Source of the DNA: Catajapyx aquilonaris | Taxonomy: Eukaryota | Assembly (NCBI GenBank): GCA_000934665.2 | Contig: JYFJ02002736.1 | Span: 1-51,937 of the forward strand | DNA length: 51,937 bases | Direction of reading: 5' to 3' | Shown: positions 42,101 to 51,937 of the stretch, piece by piece | Position numbering within the stretch: position 1 is the stretch's first letter | Layout of the letters: every line of letters begins with the position of its first letter | Notes under the pieces: model-generated | Seen by the model: only the letters and a program-made list of their open reading frames with translations | Told to the model about the DNA's origin: nothing | Database searches by the model: none | Position numbers and translations under genes: made by a program

Positions 42101-45100
42101 AGTGCTCCTAAGTCTATCTTTAGCCAGCATGTAAGCCATGGATGGCTTACATGCTGGCTAAAGATAGACTTAGGAGCCTTTGAAAATTGCTTGCCTTACA
42201 ATTCTGTAATTGCATATTGCACGTAAACAGGATATCGCTAATACAATCGTCTTTCTGGCTTCAGGTATACATTAAACCGGCTTCCACTGAAAGCCCAATT
42301 TCACTCCGGAGATTGATCTGCCCAAAATAAAAATATCTCGGAAAAAAATATTGTAAGAATCCGTAGAAAATAATTTGTCACGATCCTGGTAATTATGTTA
42401 TGTGATCCTATTCCTCTGCATGGATTTGCATTATTTTAAGGATATCATATACGGAAGTGAATCTCTCTGTTCCGGAATGTTGCCAGTTGGCACCTGATGT
42501 GCAATTATAATCAGATTGCAAATTTGTAACTGGATACCCCCCATCTGCAGGTCGTCCCTGGGGAGGATTCAATCGTCGAAAGCAGATTACTGAGGAAGTG
42601 GGCGGAAAAAGTTTCGGGATTTAGTTTAACTGGAGTCCCTCGAAACTTTTGAATCCAATGGTCATAAAATAGAGACATCATTTTTTTATATATATATAAA
42701 GCTGCAGGTCGTTTTTCATTGCTGCTGTCAAACGTCGTGGACAGTAATGTCGACGGGCACGACATCAGCAATCTCAGGGGGAAAAAAATCAGATATCAAC
42801 TGTTTTGTTCCCGTTGTAGAGGCAAGATGCCAGATACGTGTTCAGTCTTCTGTCGAACCGGAAAATGGGTGTCTAGACAAGACAAGTGACAGCTATAGAC
42901 AACTGCTATATAGATATCCGTAGAATTATTGAAAAAAAACCTTTTTATGCTATATAGTGCTCAGAATTTGTGGTGTATATATCTTACACTGATGGAAGAT
43001 AGAGTACCCTTCTGGTAAAGGTTTATGTCACGTTATATCTGAATGATTGCAATCGTTAGCAGTTATACATCCCGGCTCCCCGAAGCCGGCAGAAGTGACA
43101 AATAAGAAACTCCAACTTGCCTCGAGGCCTATATAAATGTGGCAGGGCTCCACTCTCCTGAAAAGGGTGATTTCCGAGATGAATAGAGGCAGGACTCGGG
43201 GATTGAACCAATTGTATAGCCAAACACTCCGAAAATATATTGCTAGAAAATGTTGTCAAGAATAGCGGCTGTAGCAATGGCCACAAAAGAAAAAATTCAT
43301 GACATACTAGTGGACTTCCAATTCACAGTTAAATTGCAGATTAACATTGACAAAATGATTGTATTTTCTTTGAATGGACTGGTAAATATTAATGAACCTT
43401 TTCAGGACTTGTAAACTTTGGATCTGTAGAAGTTCAGTCCGCTGCATGATGGAAGTAAATTCCCAGCGGAGACCTACTTGGAACCGGATTTTAAGGAAAA
43501 AGCCGGGGTGGTATTGTAGTAGTGAACGAGAAGTTTTTTGGGGTTCTTTGAATTTGCCACGAGTTTTCCCCGTCACCTTTTCTGTTTGCTTAAAGGATTA
43601 AGGGATAACATCGGAACTGTTTCTCTCAATTCGGGGCTTCTCGAGGGGATTGCAGGCGTCATGCTATCCTTTTTCCGGATATTTAACCCGTCGTTCTTAA
43701 AAGAGGCGATAGTAGGTCGTTAACTCCTTCGTTTTTCAATGGGAATGAAAAAAAGGGGCGCAATTGTGAAATAATTGCAGTTCTGTAAGGATCGGAAATC
43801 GCCTTTAAAGCATAACACAATTTGTGTGGCATATCACGAACTATTTAAATCGTTATTAGAGTATATTTGCACAATTTTAATGATTTGCTCATTGCTTCTG
43901 TACGTTATGCACGTGAAACCAGTTGGACTTAATTGAATCGGCTGCAATTTTAGAAACACCCTATAGTTTAAAAGAATTACGCTGTATATTTGCTGAATGA
44001 TGTGCTATGTATTTAATTCTGATCATGTTACATGGTAATTGGAAACATCACGGGCCAAATCTAATTACTTATTAAATCGAAACCATATTCATGAAACGAG
44101 CTGTAGTCATCCGGCTGAAATATTCAGTCTAAAAATTCTTCAGTTTGGATGAACTAATAGTTAAAAAAATAATAAAGCAACATTACATGCATTTTAAATG
44201 AAGTTGAGCCAATTAGCTCAGCGTCACGCGCAGTATTTATTATTTTACACAACGAAAAACAGATATATTTGACATGCCAGGCATGCTTTGTAGATTTTAA
44301 TTACTGGAGAAAACTCTGTAAAATACATGCTATATAATTGGCTAGCCAGCCCGGAATTTCCGTGTAAAATACATGCTGTTCTGGATGAATTTGAAACAAA
44401 AAGTACCTTTTTTTTGAAGTTTCCATTCAAAATAGTATTTGCATCAGAACAAAAGAAATCGATTTTCTGCTTCAGAAATGTACCGACGAACAGTTTCTGA
44501 ATACAATGCAACAGCCACGATGGGATTAAATTAATTTTTGTTGAGTTTCGCAGCATTACAGTAGCCTACTCGCTAAGTATTGCACTACCTTTCCTGCATG
44601 TGAAGTCCAGCTTTCTCTTACAATTTGTTACAGATGTTCAGGTGCGCTGTAGCTCCAAACCGCTTCAAAGAGGTCATAGTGACACTTTTGATAATAGTGC
44701 AAAGGACCGAGAATATATGTAAATAGCAATTAGTATAGGAAGCTCCACTTAATCCTACAGCATAGCTAGGCACTGATGGGAGTAATTTTCCGTTTAAGCC
44801 CTTCCGGTTTTAGGTTTCTCTCGGCCTCAAACAAACTATACGGAATTCTGTATGCAGTGCCGGCCAGCACCAAAAGCAAGATTAGGCTAATGGCCGTCTC
44901 CTTCAGGGTCGCCAGAAGATACAGTATTTTGCAATACAATTTGCCCCAATCGACTGCGCACACATTTTTAGCGGTCGCCGAGGTCTAAATTAGAGAAATA
45001 TTTGCATGCAAGATGTGTGTCAGTTTTAGTATCGGGTGCGGTTTTCCGAGTTTCTGTAACTGACGTAGCCTGGTCTAGTGGAACGTAATTTGGAAGCCTG

Positions 45101-46977
45101 GTTGGTGTATAATGGGCGATGCGGAATTGTGTTTCCTGGAACTGTGAAGTCCCCAAGGGTATAGTAGTTCAACCCTTTTTTTTTCTGGTAATTGCAGAGA
45201 TTTCCTAGCTTCAGTGGAATTTTGCCAATGATATCCGCATAATTAACACGGAGATTGCGTCGCATAAAAAAAAGGTCCTGAAATGCACACAAATGTGGAA
45301 TTTTGCTATGACATGTCCTTCCAGTATTTTTGGTCCATAGTGCATTGCTTTCAGTAAAAATGAAATATGTCTTGTTAAAAGTTTTAACATTTTCAAGTCA
45401 GACTGCGCGGGGCCTTCAGCACAAATGGGCCGATTAAACTGCCTCGTTTCTTCAGAGTGGTCCAAATTCGCCTTATATGAATTTTTTTTTGAGTGAGTGT
45501 CTATAACTTTTTAAACACTATGCGGCCACGGAAATCGTTACGGCCACAGTCAGAAACTCTTTTGATAATTTTTTTTTCCAAATGCTCTGGGTTGATTCCC
45601 TGTATAGTTACAAAAAAGTGCGATTTCGAGAATTTTCTCATCAAATATTCTTCCATCTGACTATGGAGCATAATATAAGATATTCATAAACGCATCGTAT
45701 CTTGACACCAGACAGGAAGTCGTGCCATTAGCTACACAAACAAGCCCAGACTTCCAACTTGGGTGTCAAAGGGAGACTTTGTAATGTATCACCTTAGAGC
45801 ATTTAATTAGAAGGCAGGTGCGGATGCCATTGTCCTTCTTCGGGTTTCTCCTTGAACAGTGCACCACACTAACTTATAACACTTATAAGCTTCCTAGGGA
45901 GCGAATTTCAACCGCTTATTCATATACACGTTGGGTTTCTTGTCACTCCTGGGCCTTAACTATAACGAGCTGAGTGTTAACCCAATCTTCTTGGATTTCA
46001 GAATTATTAGAGTCGGTCTTCCGGTGCCCATTATAAAGTGAAATAAGGATTAGTCCCCGGACGAGATGCTTGTTTGGGCGGAAACAGACATTTTAAGAAA
46101 GTTTGGGGAGGCCTCTCTGGTGTGCTATGATTTACTTGCATTATAGATGCTTTTCCTGGTACAAGTTGCTTCCGCATTAATATTTATTAGCGGCTTCTTT
46201 AGCTGGGATGACAGTGTTTGAATCTGTAATCAACTCTTGATTGGTGTCTGTGGAATACAGAAACCACTTCCCCCATCCTTGCAATTAGGCGATATTATCC
46301 AGACTTGTTTTTGCGGAACCCCCGCGTTCATATATCACGCAGCTTCAGTTGTGCAGTGCTTGTAGTATATATAGCTGAAAATTGTTGTAAGCGTCAGATT
46401 TGACGAGCCGTTGCTTAAAATCTTTTGCGAGATCTGATTTCTGGAGCAGAACTTGGCAATGAGCCGGATGGGAATTCTTGCGAGATTGAAGCCTTGCTTT
46501 GAAGTGCACTGTACGGTGAACAAGAGCATAATTGGAAACTGGGCTTGCAAAAGGAATACTGCCGACAAGAAATTAGAACTACTTACTGATGGGACACCTA
46601 AAAGAGTGAGCCGGATAATTAACAAGCTGGTAAGCTCATTATGCATATTACACACTATAGTTGAAATGCAGTGTGACAATATTCTGCGCTGTTTGAGCTG
46701 AAAGTTCCATAGTGATTCACTATTATAATTAGTATACTTGCAATATTAGGAGTATCTTTCTAAGCCTTTTGCACATATGACTGTAATGGCGCAGTGTGTC
46801 AGTGAATGGTCATGCAAGAAAGTATAAGTAGTGGAAAAGTTGACCTGCAGGAGACGTTGATGGCTTCTTTGCTGGATGGAATCCCAGACAGGTCGGAAAG
46901 CGGCGGCAACTGCCCCAAGCAATCGTCCATCTCTGCTTTTCCTTTGCACTTTTTGTCCTCACTTCTGGCTGTGCTAC
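33143..46977 (-). CDS. Uncharacterised Cys-rich extracellular protein with a probable GPI-anchor signal; 5' end unresolved
   Basis: Phase-compatible exons 46977-46845, 39302-39160, 38944-38806, 33377-33143 give ...KKCKGKAEMDDCLGQLPPL..IPSSKEAINVSC|RAFKTGMSCIDDYAQAC..FLCDDPTFQQ|EYLKYTTCY..WEHC..ALC|CAKHGFLRC..KC..EC..CSG plus hydrophobic tail ATILLMLNLSL. The donor at 46844 (GTCAAC) is weak. Confidence 0.75.
42104..42177. repeat. Perfect inverted repeat, 36-bp arms with a 2-nt loop
   Basis: gctcctaagtctatctttagccagcatgtaagccat-gg-atggcttacatgctggctaaagatagacttaggagc. Confidence 0.95.
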
Positions 46978-49082
46978 CTGACAATAAGCAGAAACCAAGT
47001 TGTAAAACATGGAATATAAGACACACTTAAAATTATCATTAGGGGAAAAAACAGTAAGCCTATATATGCCTACTGTACCTTCGAAATTGTAATTAAGCAT
47101 TGCAAGCCAAATTTAGCTTTGTGACCCATCCTGTTAATTATGGCAGAGGATATTGATAATAATCCTTCGGTGAAATTAACAGTGGTCTGGTGGTATTGTA
47201 CAAAACCAAGCTTGCTTGCTGAGGTAGCCAATGCAGAATTTGTGGGTATACTGTGCACTCAAGGCCTTCCGGTGTAGCACTGTAAGCCAACCATGCCTTT
47301 GTTAGGTCAAGCTTTCAGCAAGACCGGCTGTAAAATCCCAGAAAGTTAACTGAAAGGTGCGAGAGGTTTTTACGACACTAAATCCTATTATGGTATAGAG
47401 CTTGCAAAAAAGCAGCAACTCGCATTGGACTCTGTACCACTACAGTTAATGTCATTCTCAAGTTTGGACAGCAGAATATGATTTGCACCCAAAGATCCAT
47501 AACATCCAACCAAATCCGCAACTTTTTTTTTTCTCCATCCGATGATGCCATTATTTTGGGATCATTGCCTTTGTGTCGATGCCAACAGAACAGCTTACAA
47601 CTCGTGCAAACGTCTTTTTTTTATCAAACCATGCTCCATTACCTTGAGTTACAATGCGGAAAAAATGGCTCCAGCTAATCCAGTTAATGACGTGGAATTG
47701 CGTTGATTGATTCTGGGAGATATGTTTTTCCTCCCTAACTAGATTTTGTAACGACCTCTCACTGAATCTATAGGAAACCCAAAGAAAGCACATTACCTTT
47801 TTGACCGATACGTTACTATAGTATTAAGGCGACAATGTTTTCATTTTCATGTAGATCTATTTGCTGCTTAAATTGAAAGCGAACATTATTTTCGACTCTA
47901 TTATCAGCTTGATTTGTAAAAGTATACTCAAAGACCTATTAACTATTTTCATCACGTACCATTGCATGGTACGCTGCCGTCTCTAATTACAAACCAATTA
48001 CTCACACAGACGAATTGGCAGTAGAGTATTATTTCAGATTTATTGCTTTTGGTGAAACCATAACTGCATTTTATGCAATATATTACACGTTAACAACCAC
48101 TGATTTATGATCGGATACTTGTAATGTTCATACCAAATGAATTTAAATGTGTAATCCTGGGTACAGTATAACGATGAGTTCAAGCATTCATTATGTCGAT
48201 CATAACGATATTCATTTTCCGCAGCACTCCACTCTTTCATATACGCATGTTTATCTACTTGTACAGTACTATCACTTTAATCCCTTTTCAAAACCCGCAG
48301 TGCTCGTCAACATCTCCTTCATAAATCATTCTTTGACATCCCACAGAGATGGATCTGCAAGATGATATTTTTAAAAAATTCCTTCTCGATCTCCCGCACT
48401 TTGATCGAAAACAGGATCCCGTTTCTCTCTCTCTCTCTCTAAAAAAAGAAACGAAACGAGGTTATCGCCACCTAAAACCTTTATTCGTAACTTGAGTTAT
48501 CTAATGCTCAAATTTGCTGCGGTCCGCTAGGAAATGTTTGATCTGATTTTTCTTTTCAAAACGACATTGCCTTTGATGGAGTCGGCCATATTCATACATC
48601 CTTTTGCGGGTTGGTCCCCTGCTTTTGGACTAATGGAACTAGCTTCTGTTGACATGCGGAAGCAACTTCATTCCGGCAAATGCAACTGTAAACGTCCCAC
48701 GGACCGGATTCTCCGAGTAACGTACGGCATTCATGCCTAAGGCCCATTAGAATTATTTCACACCTGGCTTGAGCTCCACATTCGTGAGATCATCAGGGGT
48801 AGTGTTGTGAGCGTCAATTCCATTACAGATGCCATAGTTTCTTCCATAAACTTCCGAAACGTCATTAAATCCCTGAAGATGAGGTTCCTGCACGGAAAAT
48901 GGGTCAATCTAGGGAGCAATTTGAAAAGTATGTCAGGTATGAACGGGTCAATTTGTTTAGTCATTTCGATCAAACTGATTGCACCTAAATTTGTTAAAGA
49001 GTTGGCGAGAAAATCGCTGGGAGCGGGGCTTGTGAATATGAAAATTTTTCATGTCAACGCTGCATTGTGGTTACTGTCGATC

Positions 49083-49192
49083 AAAATATTCAGGAAAAAA
49101 TTTCTGCGGAGAAATTTCATACCGTATGTAACTGTCTATAAATAGTTAGTTACGTATTTAATTTCCCCGGAGAAATTTTTCCTGAATATTTT
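49083..49192. repeat. Imperfect inverted repeat of about 110 bp (MITE-like hairpin)
   Basis: aaaatattcaggaaaaaatttctgcggagaaatt ... aatttccccggagaaatttttcctgaatatttt. Confidence 0.7.
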
Positions 49193-51067
49193 ATAGTTAG
49201 TTATAGCATGTAATTTCTGAGCAGAAATCAATGTACTCTGTAAGCTGAGGTTATAATCTAGCTTAATTAACTTAGGATTAGTGGTTGTGTCAGTGTGATC
49301 AATACATCTAATTATGGAAACTGTTTTATAGGGGCTTAAAAGGGCGTGATCATGTGTGAAAACAACATTATAATTACGCCATTAAAGTGAGATGAGTTAA
49401 GGCTAAAGAGGCCTGCCCGTGTCAAAAATTTATGTGCCTAAATAAAAAGGCTCGTGATTTATCCTGAAGGCAAATGACCTGAACTATTAATCTGTGGGAC
49501 GATCCACTCCATAGGCTTCCACTCTTCCAAGTGCCAAGTCCAGGAAAAATTATAGTCTTCTGTGTTCCACAGCTTCTAAAAGTTTTCGATCCGTAGTTGG
49601 ATCTCTGCCATCGAATTTTTTCCCCCCCCTCTTCTTATACGTGCACCTAGGTGAAGTTGTTCGCCTTTGCTCTGATCGCATTAATTGCTCTTTCCTTATA
49701 CCTGCAAATAATTGCGCCCTACTGCGCACTTGTTGTTGCAAGAAACTCATAAGACGCAGGTGTTTTATTTGTCAACAGGTCACGACCTCGTTGTAATTAC
49801 GGGGATTCCGAGAGCTGGGATTGTTAGGAGGAAACTTTTAGTCACTTCAGTGAACAATCTTAATGACAGCTTAGTACAGCTCGGAAATATTGCATTGTTC
49901 TGATACTCACTGATATGTATACCTGGTTAATTATGTTGCCGATCATGTTCTGTAATCAGGTCGAGTAGGTGAAGATTTCCTATACCTTGTTTGCTGGAGA
50001 GGCACCGAAGATTTTCGAACAATTTCTAATGAGCGCATGCTGTGCCTTTCAATTAGCTCTGAAGTTCTCATCACTAGGGGCTATTCCACAACTTAGAATT
50101 AACTGTAGAAAGCACGATGAGGTCTCGTTTTCTTAAAAGGTGATGGGATCACAGGAAAGGAGCTCTTCAGTTTTGATACATTCTACTATCAGACAAGAGA
50201 CATTGTATCATTTTCCAGAAACCTTCCCCTCTTTGAAAAGCGAAGTGGCCAAGAGAAAATTCTAGGGCACGTCTCTCATAGTCTATCCTGATAAGAGCAC
50301 CTCCAGCAGTCCTCAAAAGATAGGCCCAACTTAATGCAGGATCATCTTCATTCCCTTCTTCAAGCTGAAAGGAGCCAACTTCTTACATCCTAATTTGTAT
50401 AGCGAAGAAGATTGCCATAATATTTATACACTTTAGACGCCGCATCAAATGATGAATTTTGCATGATCCTGAATCAGTGTCAAGAATGCGGATCATGTCT
50501 TCTGGAAGTCAACACGTGTTAACGTCTCTCTTTTCCTCTAGCACCATTTCAAACTCCGAGCAGAACAAGGGTAGTAAAGAGGCTCTGGAATGTCATCGGT
50601 CCAACCAGCTCAAAAGAGTTTAATAATAAGAGTGCAGGAAGGACCTGGAGGAAGAGGAAGGGTATGACAGAGGAAGCTCGCAAAGAGCCCGACTTTCATG
50701 TCCTATCGATTTGGCGGTCCAACCGAACAGACGGGGGCTCGTAAATGCTCCTTTTCCCCCTACAAATATATATACCAGATGACAAGTGCACACAGCTTGT
50801 GTTGGCCCGGTCTAAACGCAGCTTGATGTCATGCAAGCCAACGTTTCGAGCTCAGAAGAATAAAAGATTGGAGAGGATATTACCCAGATATGATGGGAAG
50901 ATTGCGGTTGGAAATGTTCCATATACAATAGTCGCTGACAAAAATTACTATTATATAAAGCAGTAAGTTCGTCTGTATGTACTGGTATAGCGCTAGTTGA
51001 ACATAACCGCAAAAAAATGGTGCATTGATGGCTGACATTGGCAATGCAGATCACGAGATGAGTTCAT

Positions 51068-51130
51068 TACTGCCAGGAGGTAATAAATGATAACCATTAA
51101 GAGCCACATAGCCCTATTAATATTTCGCAT
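51068..51130 (-). CDS. Candidate signal-peptide exon of the Cys-rich GPI protein (MRNINRAMWLLMVIIYYLLA)
   Basis: Good start context (ccgccaagATG), hydrophobic core, phase-0 donor GTAATG; joins exon 46977 in frame only through an extra phase 0/1 exon such as 48887-48764. Confidence 0.3.
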
Positions 51131-51937
51131 CTTGGCGGAGCCACAGTTTAATGATAGTATATGGCGTAAAGTGAGACGCCCATAAATGATAATGAGATGT
51201 CTCACATTTTCCTTGTCCACTGCGCATATGCTTAGTGGTCCTAAATGTGTCGAATGACGCCAGATTTTTTTTACGACTTGTTTTGATATAAAGCTGAATA
51301 TTGACCTGAAGTTCTGACTCACCCTGTCGACACATAAGAAAAAGTAGTTGTTTTATTTAGTTTTTCCTTATTAATCATGCAGTGCAAGGTGACTAAAATA
51401 TGCATCTCACGAGATTAAATCTTCGGTGCAAGGAACAACACTCCGGTTCTTCGGGGATCGATTGTTTGTGGAAACTTTACGCTCTGCGCAAATATACAAC
51501 AGCTCACCCCAAAGTTTTACCCTTTAACCCGCACCTTGTTTGGAGCCGCACATTGAGAAGATTATTGCGGTCACGTTTACAACAGTTTTCAAATGTTTGC
51601 CTTTCCCGCGGCTTCCTGATGAGCAAGGAACTGCGGTGTTTGCTCTTTTTTCTCTGTAAGTTGCCCTCTTGCCATATTTTTTCATGTGCGAATATAACTT
51701 GCGCCAAACGTAAACAGCAAGCACTGGAAAATCCATTTAACGACGAGTCTTTTGCAAAAGAAACAGCCCGCAGGCTCCAGTTGGTGTCTGGACAAAAAAA
51801 AGCGAAGTTAAGACCAATCTAGAACACAAGTGTAAGTCACGTTCAGAGGTGGATTAATCAGAAGTTTGGAGAAAAAGTTGAGTAAATCCCAGCTTATTTT
51901 CACGTCCAGAAGTTTGCACACTTTTTTTTGCATTGTG

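Noticed and set aside
43940..43965. Mariner-like terminus (…gaaacaccctata)
   Set aside because: No matching opposite TIR or transposase found by eye
48758..48973. Minus-strand ORF faintly resembling a cytochrome P450 F/G region
   Set aside because: No P450 signature motifs or neighbouring exons; another frame fits a candidate exon of the GPI gene better
51920..51937. CATTGTG at the window end (Transib-like CACAATG on the minus strand), also CATAGTG/CACTATG near 45340 and 45520
   Set aside because: 7-mers with no correctly paired TIR, TSD or transposase evidence
30400..51937. Numerous 60-140 aa ORFs in the distal half
   Set aside because: Mostly TTG/GTG starts, no domains, intronic AT-rich sequence; consistent with chance

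Overview
Eukaryotic, gene-dense genomic DNA with mostly short (about 60-100 nt) GT-AG introns; a CLIP-type domain and the overall gene content suggest an arthropod (inference). Spliced genes reconstructed by hand, in order: a 42-aa Lys/Gly-rich microprotein (+), a Myb/SANT-like (MSANTD/trihelix-type) DNA-binding protein (-), a secreted CLIP-domain protein that lacks a protease domain and ends in a furin-flanked, amidatable Pro/Arg-rich peptide (-), p38 MAPK (+), RCHY1/Pirh2 (-), an ISY1-like paralog (+), VPS26 (-), ORC1 (+), and a large-intron Cys-rich, probably GPI-anchored protein (-). The strongest signal is in p38: three tandem 80-nt mutually exclusive exons share one upstream U12 (minor spliceosome) donor, and each has a U12-type branch site but a U2-type donor, so exclusivity appears to be enforced by spliceosome incompatibility. 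Between the CLIP gene and p38 lie a kappaB/GATA motif cluster and a direct-repeat/palindrome/direct-repeat element. Several DNA-transposon remnants and hairpins sit in introns. All exon models and family calls come from reading the sequence; no database search was run.
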